Part shown: positions 9,219 to 17,103 of the stretch, piece by piece
How the letters are laid out: each line of letters begins with the position of its first letter
Position numbering within the stretch: the first letter of the stretch is position 1
IMG/VR virus record: IMGVR_UViG_3300002026_000042
Coordinates: 1 to 51,883 of that record
Direction: 5' to 3' (one strand)
DNA length: 51,883 nucleotides
DNA from: a virus
Program-made: the position numbers and the translations under genes
Notes under the pieces: model-generated
The model's database searches: none
Told to the model about the DNA's origin: nothing
The model's input: only the letters and a program-made list of their open reading frames with translations

Positions 9219-9443
9219 CTACTTCCCTGGCTGCTCAAAGACGTTCGGCTTGTCATTCGCCGACATGATGACGCCCGCGTTCTTGCGAATGTTCACATCA
9301 TACGAAACCCGCTCCGCCATCCCATTCGCGCCCTTGCGAACAACCTTGGTCGTCGCATCAGCAAACACTGGGATACCACCCTCGAACGTAGCCTGCTCCA
9401 GCTCGCTCTGCGCCTTGTCCGTCAAATTACTGCGATAGCTCAT
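9219..9443 (-). CDS. hypothetical protein (74 aa)
   Basis: ATG at 9443 preceded by GGAGGG. First ORF after the tmRNA terminator. Confidence 0.55.
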   Translation of the reverse strand: MSYRSNLTDKAQSELEQATFEGGIPVFADATTKVVRKGANGMAERVSYDVNIRKNAGVIMSANDKPNVFEQPGK

Positions 9444-9503
9444 TTCCTACCCTCCAAGTTTCCCACTTCAAACACCAACCTCTAACACATTGTGATTAAA
9501 TAT

Positions 9504-9538
9504 CAAAAAATAAAAAGGCATGATTTTTAGTCATGCCT
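9504..9538 (-). terminator. rho-independent terminator downstream of tmRNA
   Basis: Minus strand reads AGGCATGA-ctaaaaa-TCATGCCT followed by TTTTTTATTTTTTG. An extended -10-like TGGTATAAT (9548..9540) sits immediately upstream of the hairpin. Confidence 0.8.
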
Positions 9539-9576
9539 GATTATACCATCTGTCCTATCAAAACCCATATATAAAA

Positions 9577-9944
9577 TGGCGGAGGTGGCGGGAGTTGAAC
9601 CCGCGTCCGTGAAAGCCAGTCTTGAAAGCGTCTACGTGCATAGTCACTGTTTCTCGACATGTAACCCGTCTATTCAGTTCTTAGCTGACAAGCAGGGAGT
9701 TCTTTCAACACCCAAAGCCAGCGTTCTTAGCCGCCATCAATCTCTGTAATCGACACTACTGACACCTACCGAGACAATCTCGGTGCCTTCGTGCTGGTTG
9801 CTTACGCAGCCAGAGCAAAAGCTCTGGCACCAGGGAATGCAATTGAGTTATCAATTGACTTGTAACCGGCTATTAACGAGGCCAACCGGTCAACCTCGGC
9901 ACGCAACTCCCAACCCTCGACCCACGTCGAAACCAGTCACCCCC
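9577..9944 (-). ncRNA. ssrA: tmRNA (SsrA), full length
   Basis: 5' GGGGGTGACTGGTTTCGACGTGGG... and 3' ...GGACGCGGGTTCAACTCCCGCCACCTCCGCCA. Acceptor stem has a G3-U wobble, the T-arm is GCGGG-TTCAACT-CCCGC, and the terminus is CCA. The internal tag reading frame ends GCA TTC CCT GGT GCC AGA GCT TTT GCT CTG GCT GCG TAA (...AFPGARAFALAA-stop). A possible resume codon GCC follows UUAAUA. Confidence 0.9.
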
Positions 9945-10228
9945 TTTATTTCTCTGAAAATCCCACAAAGCCTAGAAATCGTACTCTCCGTCAGCGGCAA
10001 CTCCGCAACCCCAAACCCACGCATAGCATTGTTTTCCCACCCGAGCTGAACCACCTCTGCCTGCTCCTTCGGAACCCCTACGGACATCAGCGCAGACGAG
10101 ATCGTGCTTCGCATCTCATGCACGTCGGCGTGACTTACCGCCTTTGATTTGACAAGCAACCGCGCCTTGTCACCGCTACGATACCACTTGGCACTAACAC
10201 CCGATTCCCGACGCTTGAATATACTCAT
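9945..10228 (-). pseudogene. degenerate C-terminal remnant of a P4-type tyrosine integrase
   Basis: HEMRSTISSALMSVGVPKEQAEVVQLGWENNAMRGF aligns with the integrase box II region (H-x-x-R...LGH...Y), with His replaced by Trp and Tyr by Phe. Only about 93 codons, with no N-terminal or box I region. The tracked ORF (9890..10228) runs on into the tmRNA 5' end. Confidence 0.35.
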
Positions 10229-10280
10229 AACGAAGAACCCTTGTGCTTATTGTGATCGCTGATGCAGCATCGGGGGTAAC

Positions 10281-10307
10281 ACTATACGAGCAGCATGACC
10301 TTGTCAA
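10281..10307 (-). promoter_or_regulatory. sigma70-like promoter candidate for the integrase-remnant/tmRNA unit
   Basis: Minus strand TTGACA (10307..10302), a 15-nt spacer, then TATAGT (10286..10281). The -35 overlaps the stop codon of the upstream gene. Confidence 0.4.
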
Positions 10308-10690
10308 CACGAAACAATCGCTTTTGGATCTAAAACTACAATCGGGTTTTTCATCCCGTCAAGCATTATCTTTACCTTGTCCCCAGCCATCAGGTTGAAC
10401 TTGTTCGCAGCCGCAAGCATATCAGCCATCGGGATGCCTAGCGCGTGGGCCGCAGAACAGAACTTGGTGACGGCATACACGATCACCTCTTGCGCCAGCC
10501 CCTCGGGAAGCTCCCGCCCCTCGCAGGTCACAACCTTGTCCCCGATGATCGAAACAATCGCATTCAACGGACGTGTATCCTCTGTCGGAACCTTGGCGTC
10601 GCTACTGTCAGGCCACACCCTGTCAAACAGCTTTCCAGCCTTCTTCGGCAAGGACTCGTAAACCTTCATCCGTTCGTTGTTATGATGCAA
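10304..10690 (-). CDS. hypothetical protein (128 aa)
   Basis: Minus-strand ORF in the array. No recognisable motif. Confidence 0.55.
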   Translation of the reverse strand: MHHNNERMKVYESLPKKAGKLFDRVWPDSSDAKVPTEDTRPLNAIVSIIGDKVVTCEGRELPEGLAQEVIVYAVTKFCSAAHALGIPMADMLAAANKFNLMAGDKVKIMLDGMKNPIVVLDPKAIVSC

Positions 10691-10714
10691 AATGCCAGTC
10701 TGCTGTAAAGTAAA

Positions 10715-11449
10715 TCATCTCGACACCTCTATCTTAATCATCCTAGACCTCATGCTCTCTGGCATCTCCGACAGCTTCTTGTTGAACTCCCGCTCAGCCA
10801 GATACGTTGCCCGCATATCCTGAAAGTCCGACTCGTTCCACCGCTCCTGCATCGCATCCCAGACAAAGGACAGGTTGTTGTTCTCAATCTTCCCGCTGCC
10901 CAACGACTCCACGAACCCTATAAACTCCTTGTCAAGCCACGGAGGCACCCAGCAGCCCGAACGGCACACATGGATGCCCACAACGTCGTTCCTGTCAACC
11001 CGCACCTCCTGCGACCCCGACAGGTCCAGCCGAGCGGCCCTAGGCATCCCAAACGCTGAATGATCTGGCCTGCACCACCTCGCCGTCCTCCTGCGACTCC
11101 CACGCAGCCACAGCTTGAGCCAGTTATGGCACTGCGGGTAGCAGGCCCCCGCCCCGACAGGCCAGCAGTCATGGTGCGCATCAAACATGACGATGTGATC
11201 CGCCTTTGTCTCCAACGCCACATGATACGCCGACAGGTGCGACTCGGACACATACACCTTCGGAAACCCAGCCACCCCGATACGATCCCAGAACCCGACC
11301 TGCCTCCCGTCGCATCGCATCTTGCTTTCCAGAAACCCTCGGGTCTTCCAGATCATGCTCAGGTGCAACCCGTTCTCCTGATGCCCCAGATCCCAATCTG
11401 GATCCTCGGGACAAAAGTAATCAAAGTCAACGCTAATTAAGGTCTTCAT
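10715..11449 (-). CDS. hypothetical protein (244 aa), His/Asp/Cys-rich, possible metal-dependent enzyme
   Basis: Motifs SVDFDYF and FDAHHDCW, plus several Cys and His residues. No confident family assignment. Confidence 0.55.
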   Translation of the reverse strand: MKTLISVDFDYFCPEDPDWDLGHQENGLHLSMIWKTRGFLESKMRCDGRQVGFWDRIGVAGFPKVYVSESHLSAYHVALETKADHIVMFDAHHDCWPVGAGACYPQCHNWLKLWLRGSRRRTARWCRPDHSAFGMPRAARLDLSGSQEVRVDRNDVVGIHVCRSGCWVPPWLDKEFIGFVESLGSGKIENNNLSFVWDAMQERWNESDFQDMRATYLAEREFNKKLSEMPESMRSRMIKIEVSR

Positions 11450-11455
11450 ATCCCC

Positions 11456-11812
11456 CTAAAAGCTGTTGGCCTGAACGCTCATGTCAACGTGGGAGTAGTA
11501 TTTGATCCATGTCTGGATGCCGTTCAGGGGCTTGGTCGGTTTGGTGAATCTGGCGCATTCCCAGTCGCAGAAGGCTTCCCATTTCTGCTTGTCACTCATC
11601 CGGACTTCCTGATGGTGGCCTGAAAAGCGGCGGTGCAGTTTGGTGGCGATCTTGTCGCCGACAACCAGAATCATAATCATCTTGACCGTGTCGTGCATCA
11701 GGGCACGGGTCAGGCTGATGTTGGCCGTCAGGACGGAGCTCTGGCGGCGAACCTGCAAGAAGGCCAGCTTGTGGTCAAAAACTTCTTTGCAATCTTTAAT
11801 ACGTTGGTTCAT
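11456..11812 (-). CDS. hypothetical protein (118 aa)
   Basis: ATG at 11812 preceded by AAGGAGG. No motif. Confidence 0.55.
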   Translation of the reverse strand: MNQRIKDCKEVFDHKLAFLQVRRQSSVLTANISLTRALMHDTVKMIMILVVGDKIATKLHRRFSGHHQEVRMSDKQKWEAFCDWECARFTKPTKPLNGIQTWIKYYSHVDMSVQANSF

Positions 11813-11861
11813 ATCAAACCTCCTTACAACCCCCTATCACCAGAATGTCAAAAGTTTCTAC

Positions 11862-12980
11862 TCACCACTCAAGCAATATCAGCGACCTGAAAAGCTGCTC
11901 TATCCCCTTTTCATCCGCATCCCGTGGCAGCTTCGATTCCGCCTTGACCGTTTCAAGCTCCGCCATCCGCCGTTCCACGTCCGCCATAAGCGTTTCATAC
12001 GGAACGTTGCCAGCACGGATGTTCATCAGGTAGTCAAGCTCCGCCCCTGCAAAGCGCACAATCGGCTCACCCGTGCGCAGGATCGCCTCCCCCGACATCA
12101 ACAGCCTGATGCAGTGTAAAGCGTTTTTAGCGTCGTAGTCCACCACGCCTCGCTCCTGATCGACCCACCTGTTCTGGTTCCGATTCTTTACCCAGTCCCA
12201 GTACCCCGTCCATTGTGACACTGCCTTCTCGTACGCGTCCTCCGCATAGATAAGCAGCCCTATGAAGTACTTCTCATCCTCCAGCGAAATACTCCCGCAG
12301 ACAAGATTCCCGTCCCGAAACACGCCCTTCGAGGTTTTCTCGTCATCCCTGTAAAGCCTGTAGACGTCTTTGCCGTGTTCCAGCCCAGCCACCTTGCAGG
12401 CATCAAGCCGATACACCTGCCTGTTATACTCGCAGCCACTAAGCAGTTCCTGATACGGTACGGGACGGCAAGGCTGCTTCTTGTTGTTCATGTGTGACGC
12501 TGGGATGATCCAGCAGAAGTCCTCCCGTTTCGGTTTATCCTCTGGCATCGGGTTATTCACAAACTTGTTCTGACCCCTCATCTTTTTAATTTGTGCAAAT
12601 GCGTACCCTGAAAATGTGTGGAAAGCCTTCTGGGAAACGAACAGGCCCCTGTGCTTCAGGACATGATCCCAAGCGGGCGTCGTCTTCTTGATGCAATCAT
12701 CGGGCATGAATATAAGTTCGATTATGTTCGGGCTGGCATCCTTCGCCAGCGCAAAGAACTTCTCCAACTCATAATACTTGACGTCCTCTGGACTTTCCTG
12801 CCCCACCTCCGTCGGCAACTGCTTTGTCGTTATCCGATCAGACAACGGACGCAAAAACACGCCCCTATAGTCAAAGTCAGAATGATAACTATCCGTATCT
12901 ATTGCCGTTCCATACGCCCTTGACCCAGTCAACAGCTTACACATGATCATCCCAGACTTTTCCAACTGTTCTATATTCAT
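11862..12980 (-). CDS. RlaP-like nucleotidyltransferase (Pol-beta superfamily, COG3541/pfam10127-type)
   Basis: N-terminal LLTGSRAYGTAIDTDSYHSDFDYRGVF (GS-x-AYG...SD-x-D-x-RGV) followed by YELEKFFALAKDASPNIIELIF and GYAFAQIKKM, as in the RNA-repair-associated nucleotidyltransferase family. Confidence 0.6.
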   Translation of the reverse strand: MNIEQLEKSGMIMCKLLTGSRAYGTAIDTDSYHSDFDYRGVFLRPLSDRITTKQLPTEVGQESPEDVKYYELEKFFALAKDASPNIIELIFMPDDCIKKTTPAWDHVLKHRGLFVSQKAFHTFSGYAFAQIKKMRGQNKFVNNPMPEDKPKREDFCWIIPASHMNNKKQPCRPVPYQELLSGCEYNRQVYRLDACKVAGLEHGKDVYRLYRDDEKTSKGVFRDGNLVCGSISLEDEKYFIGLLIYAEDAYEKAVSQWTGYWDWVKNRNQNRWVDQERGVVDYDAKNALHCIRLLMSGEAILRTGEPIVRFAGAELDYLMNIRAGNVPYETLMADVERRMAELETVKAESKLPRDADEKGIEQLFRSLILLEW

Positions 12981-13717
12981 ATCTTCCCCTCCTTCTCAAT
13001 CACATCCCAGCTATGGAAGTCCCGTAAGTCACCCGACCATACGCTGCCGAAGTCTCCGCCCGCCGCGCTGTCTGTCTCAAACGCCTTAATAAATCTGGCC
13101 CGCGTCTTGCCGCCAATCAGCGGATACCGAGGCGACCCCTCCTCTATCGGATACCCGAGCATTTCCCGCCACCCATTCCCATAGAGGCAAATGTACTTTA
13201 TGTCGCAAACCTCAATCTCCACAGCCGTAAAACAGTAATCACTACCCTGCTGCAAATCATAAACCACCCGCTCTTTTTCAAACGCCTCGCTGGGAACATC
13301 CAAGTGGCATCCCAGAATGTCGCCATGATACACTGGCGGCAAGGTTTCCCATTTGATTGCAACTGGCAGCGAAACCATCGCGGTCACACTGTTTAGCTTG
13401 TCACCGCAAGCCTGCGCTCCGAACGTCACCCCACCAGCCTCGGCCATGAAGCAGACCTTTGATTTGACCTCCCGAGCCACAGGTTCAAACCCCGCATCAG
13501 AAAATGCCCCACGCATCCTGTTGAAAAACGCTTCAGCCGTTGCCACATTGCCCTGCATGTCCCGCAGCCACGCTTGGTTCCCGCCTTCAAAGTCAAACCC
13601 CAACGTAGTCGCGACCGCCTTGATCGGCTCTAGGTCAAACCCGTCTGGATGCACCCAGACAAGTTTCTGATCTGAATAGCTTTCCCCATCACTCGGAATT
13701 GAAATCAATCGTCCCAT
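12977..13717 (-). CDS. hypothetical protein (246 aa)
   Basis: ATG at 13717 preceded by GGGAGG (13730..13725). The longer tracked start (13831) has no SD. Its stop overlaps the downstream start. Confidence 0.55.
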   Translation of the reverse strand: MGRLISIPSDGESYSDQKLVWVHPDGFDLEPIKAVATTLGFDFEGGNQAWLRDMQGNVATAEAFFNRMRGAFSDAGFEPVAREVKSKVCFMAEAGGVTFGAQACGDKLNSVTAMVSLPVAIKWETLPPVYHGDILGCHLDVPSEAFEKERVVYDLQQGSDYCFTAVEIEVCDIKYICLYGNGWREMLGYPIEEGSPRYPLIGGKTRARFIKAFETDSAAGGDFGSVWSGDLRDFHSWDVIEKEGKI

Positions 13718-13761
13718 ATCAACACCTCCCTTGAATATCAGCCAACTCCGCCTTGATCCGT

Positions 13762-14025
13762 TCAACCTCTTGCTGCATATACTGCTGCCGCATGGTTCTT
13801 TCCTCTGACTCTGGCTCCCCCGTCGACCCAAGCCTCCTCGGGAACAGCATCATGCCCGAACTTGAACAATTCAAGTTTCAAAGGCTTATACTTATCCTCC
13901 GTGTTTATGCGTGGCACCCGAACTAGAATCCGACCGTCCGTTGCGAAAGTCCAGTCCCCCGCACTCCACGGCCTGCTGATGCTTTCCCGCCCAGGTTCAT
14001 TAGAACATAACAATTGCAAATCCAT
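13762..14025 (-). CDS. hypothetical protein (87 aa)
   Basis: Minus-strand ORF between the radical SAM gene and the 246-aa ORF. Confidence 0.5.
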   Translation of the reverse strand: MDLQLLCSNEPGRESISRPWSAGDWTFATDGRILVRVPRINTEDKYKPLKLELFKFGHDAVPEEAWVDGGARVRGKNHAAAVYAARG

Positions 14026-14077
14026 ATCACACCCCCCTTATTTCATTTCCTCCCTATCACCAGCCCCGCCAGATTTT

Positions 14078-15421
14078 CTACTTCACCAGCCCCCGCTCCG
14101 ACAACCTCTTTATCCCCACCTCTGGCAAATACCCCCACACGTTGCGTGCTGGCAGGTCATCCCAAGTGTATTGCTTGAAAAGCCTGTCCTTGTCAAACAG
14201 CGTTTCCAACGCCGCCAGCCGCCTCGTCGAGTTCCCCTCGCTCCAGAACTTCTTTGCCAAAGCCAGCTTCTCCACATTGGCAGAATCACTTTCCACGCCA
14301 CGCAAGACTATCGCCTCAAGGAAAATAGCAGACAGGCTTTCCACAATCCCACCGACCGTGACACGCAAATGTTCCCCAAGAGCAACATGCTGACGAACAG
14401 CCCCACCCATTTTCTCAACATCATCACGATGGTTTTTATACGACATCTTCCATATACCAGACGGGGTTGCAGGCATTGCCCTGAAGGGGGTGAAATGGAA
14501 TTGGACATCAGTCCTCTGGCACCCATTCCCAACAGCATCTACAGCCGCCTTCTTGCAAATCACCGAGAGTTCTCGAATATCGTCATCTGTTTCAGTTGGC
14601 AACCCGATAAGATTATATACCCGAACTGGATGCCTGATTGCGCTTCGTGTCAGCCCCATCAAAAAATCATACAACATCTCATTGCTGATCGGCTTGTTAA
14701 CCATTACCCGCAATCTTTCACTTGCCCCATCCAGTCCTACATTTCTAATATACCTTGGATAATCATCACTATTTTTCAAGTCAAAGTCAAAAAGAGTGAA
14801 CTCCTGATCTAACGAAAATGGATTATTCCCAGTCTTGCCCGACGACTGCCGCTGCCCTAGGTATTTCCTTGTCCAAGTGTAATGACAGAATGAACACTTG
14901 CGCTGGCACCCTATCGCCCCCTCCGTACACTCATTCCCCTTTGCATCCTTGAACGGCTCTGGATACGATTGGCCGACCTGCGCATAGATGTACTTGCGAT
15001 CCATGCTGAATGAATCACTGTAGCAAATCGACTCATGTTCAAACCGACCCCCAGAAAGCTCCGCCTCGATCAACGGGACAATCAGGTTCTCCGCCCTCCC
15101 ATAGACTGCCACATCAAAGAACGGAAGCAACGCCCGCACGTTGCAAACCCCGTGCCCGCCGACAATCACCCTAGGCTGCCTACCCTTCCACCGCAGCCGC
15201 TCTGCCAGAAAAGACCACCAATCGCACTGGCTCGTGATCGGAACCAGCAAAACCTTGTAGTCTGATACCGTCTCCATCCCCGCATACCCGACCTCAAACC
15301 CAGCCTTCTCAATCACATGCTTTACCAACTCCATCCCGAACCACCACCGCGTACAGTAGCTGTCAACAGCATAAGACGACTTGGCATACCCACCCTGAAT
15401 ATACACCGCAATGTCTTTCAC
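14078..15421 (-). CDS. radical SAM enzyme with N-terminal B12-binding-like (class B-type) domain
   Basis: CQRKCSFCHY is the CxxxCxxC [4Fe-4S]/SAM motif. It is preceded by a Rossmann-like segment (KVLLVPITSQCDWW...RVIVGGHGV). The likely GTG start at 15421 overlaps the ParB-like stop (GTGA). The start is uncertain; the track gives 15469. Confidence 0.75.
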   Translation of the reverse strand: MKDIAVYIQGGYAKSSYAVDSYCTRWWFGMELVKHVIEKAGFEVGYAGMETVSDYKVLLVPITSQCDWWSFLAERLRWKGRQPRVIVGGHGVCNVRALLPFFDVAVYGRAENLIVPLIEAELSGGRFEHESICYSDSFSMDRKYIYAQVGQSYPEPFKDAKGNECTEGAIGCQRKCSFCHYTWTRKYLGQRQSSGKTGNNPFSLDQEFTLFDFDLKNSDDYPRYIRNVGLDGASERLRVMVNKPISNEMLYDFLMGLTRSAIRHPVRVYNLIGLPTETDDDIRELSVICKKAAVDAVGNGCQRTDVQFHFTPFRAMPATPSGIWKMSYKNHRDDVEKMGGAVRQHVALGEHLRVTVGGIVESLSAIFLEAIVLRGVESDSANVEKLALAKKFWSEGNSTRRLAALETLFDKDRLFKQYTWDDLPARNVWGYLPEVGIKRLSERGLVK

Positions 15422-15948
15422 CTCTTCCCTTTCACCCCGAAAACAAAGCCACACTTGCCGCATGTACACTTGACCCGCTGTTCATCCTTCACAATGTCAG
15501 CAAGAAGATCGGAAATGTCCCCCACATCCCCGAGGCCGTCACGGATCATACTGCCGAAGTCCACCTTCAGCAACGCCTTGAACTCCTCGTCCATAACATC
15601 AAGACGCGCCGTGATTACATCCCAGTTCCATTCCGACCCCAACGCCACATCAGACGCACGGTTGTCCATCAGCCCGTACGCCATCGCCTCCTCATCCCCT
15701 ATGTCCAGACGAATCGCGGCAATCCGCTTCCACCCCAGCTTCCCCGCCGCCTCCAACAGCCCATGCCCAGCCCTGCAAATACCGTCACGATCAAGCACGA
15801 CTGGCTTTGTCTGACCGAACCGAGTCAAACTGCCGACCAGCATATCAACATTCGTATCAGAATGGATCTTGGAGTTTAACGGGTCTAGCGTTATCCCGTC
15901 GATAGGAACAATGAATCCATGCAAGCTCTCAACAATAACCTCTTTCAT
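15418..15948 (-). CDS. ParB/Srx-fold (ParB-like nuclease domain) protein with C-terminal zinc ribbon, copy 2
   Basis: ATG at 15948 after GGAGG. IVPIDGITLDPLNSKIHS...FGQTKPVVLDRDGICRAGHGLLEAAGKLGWKRIAAI is a ParB N-terminal domain pattern. C-terminal CTCGKCGF. Confidence 0.65.
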   Translation of the reverse strand: MKEVIVESLHGFIVPIDGITLDPLNSKIHSDTNVDMLVGSLTRFGQTKPVVLDRDGICRAGHGLLEAAGKLGWKRIAAIRLDIGDEEAMAYGLMDNRASDVALGSEWNWDVITARLDVMDEEFKALLKVDFGSMIRDGLGDVGDISDLLADIVKDEQRVKCTCGKCGFVFGVKGKR

Positions 15949-16504
15949 TCCTCCCCTCCATATCCTCGTCACCCGTACCCGTAGGCCACGGATTGTCATG
16001 CCCGCAGCGGGGACACCGCGCCAGCTTTTCCTTCTTGCCAGCCGCCTTCTTCTCTTTTTCCCCACTGGATGCCCCCATCCCCAACGCCTTTGCAAGCGAC
16101 GACTTCTCTGTATCCCCGATGCAAAGCAGGTCTAAGTCAAACGACCCCTTAATCCTCCCGACAATCTCCCGAACATTGTCCTCGTTCCACTCACTGCCTA
16201 TGTCTGCATCAGACGAACGATTGTCAATGATCTCGTATTCCTGAAACTGTTCCTCCGTCCAGTTCGGAAACACAGCAGCAATCTTGTCAGCCCCAAGCCG
16301 TTTCATCGCAGCGAACACCAGATTGCCAACCCGAACCACATTGTTCTTGTCAACAATCACGGGCCTCACCTGCCCGAACCTCTCTATGCTCGCCTTCAGC
16401 ACATTCAGGTTCTTTGCCGAATGAATCTTGACAACCGCTGGATTGTCTTGCAGCGTCGCCATATCCACGATCAAATCTTTCAACCCGTCCTGTATCTTTG
16501 CCAT
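15929..16504 (-). CDS. ParB/Srx-fold (ParB-like nuclease domain) protein with C-terminal zinc ribbon, copy 1
   Basis: KIHSAKNLNVLKASIERFGQVRPVIVDKNNVVRVGNLVFAAMKRLGADKIAAV is a ParB N-terminal domain pattern. C-terminal CPRCGH. Paralogous to the next gene. Confidence 0.65.
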   Translation of the reverse strand: MAKIQDGLKDLIVDMATLQDNPAVVKIHSAKNLNVLKASIERFGQVRPVIVDKNNVVRVGNLVFAAMKRLGADKIAAVFPNWTEEQFQEYEIIDNRSSDADIGSEWNEDNVREIVGRIKGSFDLDLLCIGDTEKSSLAKALGMGASSGEKEKKAAGKKEKLARCPRCGHDNPWPTGTGDEDMEGRNERGYC

Positions 16505-16514
16505 ACCCACACCC

Positions 16515-16817
16515 TTACCCCTCTACATTTTCAAGTTCATCCTGACAGTCATCGGGAAACTGAATCATGTTGTTTGCCACGAACCGCCTGACAGCATTGT
16601 CGGCATAGCACTCAAGCAGGCTTGGAACCTCCCTCGCCACATGCTCATACCAATAGCACTCATCCTTCACCGATTCCCCCTTGCCCCCAGACGCAGCCAT
16701 CGCAATCAGCATCCGCTCCGCCCACCGCAACCCATCCTCCGCATCCTCAAGCACCTCCTGCGCATTATGCTTGTGCAACCTAGGCATATACACCGACACC
16801 ACAGATCCATCACCCAT
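16515..16817 (-). CDS. hypothetical protein (100 aa)
   Basis: ATG at 16817 lies 6 nt after AAGGAGG. First gene downstream of repeat copy B. A TATAAT hexamer lies about 35 nt upstream. Confidence 0.6.
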   Translation of the reverse strand: MGDGSVVSVYMPRLHKHNAQEVLEDAEDGLRWAERMLIAMAASGGKGESVKDECYWYEHVAREVPSLLECYADNAVRRFVANNMIQFPDDCQDELENVEG

Positions 16818-16911
16818 AGCCACCCTCCTTGGTTCCTACCACCCATTATACGCCAAAGCCCCCGCCAAGAACTTACATTCCAAACGGAGGCTTTGCAACA
16901 ACCATTACAGG

Positions 16912-17103
16912 CAACCGTTCAAGTTAAGTTATGCAAACCTATACTTGTTTTGTCCTATGAGAAACGGTAAGTTTCTCATCTTGAACACCACAAAATTCAT
17001 AGCATCCAAGTTTTTGCAAAGACTATGAAAACACTTCTTAATCAACACGGTTGATTTCAAACAAAATGTTCTCATAACACCATCAACCTATTTCGCAACC
17101 CCT
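16912..17103. repeat. 192-bp intergenic direct repeat, copy B
   Basis: Matches 51793..51805 + 1..179 at 189 of 192 positions. Same palindromes at 16957..16979 and 17040..17056. Bounded by the stop of 17102..17893 and the leader of 16515..16817. Confidence 0.9.

Noticed and set aside
9890-9944. 3' end of tracked ORF 9890..10228
   Set aside because: These codons lie inside the tmRNA 5' region (GGGGGTGACTGGTTTCGAC...), so the ORF simply reads on until a chance stop.
9945-10228. Integrase homology as evidence for a temperate lifestyle
   Set aside because: Only the last quarter or so of an integrase is present, and the catalytic His and Tyr positions are substituted. No repressor or attP-like arrangement is recognisable.
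10715-11449. Arginase/ureohydrolase-like assignment from the DAHHD motif
   Set aside because: The order of the putative metal-binding motifs (S-x-D-x-D before DAHxD) is the reverse of the arginase family. The similarity is too thin to call.
11848-11853. TTGACA hexamers at 11848..11853 and 32126..32131 as promoters
   Set aside because: The best -10 candidates at proper spacing overlap or lie downstream of the SD/ATG of the next gene, so the resulting transcripts would lack a ribosome-binding site. There is no supporting -10 consensus.
13762-14025. ATDG motif suggesting a sliding-clamp fragment
   Set aside because: It is a single tetrapeptide match in an 87-aa protein, which is not sufficient evidence.
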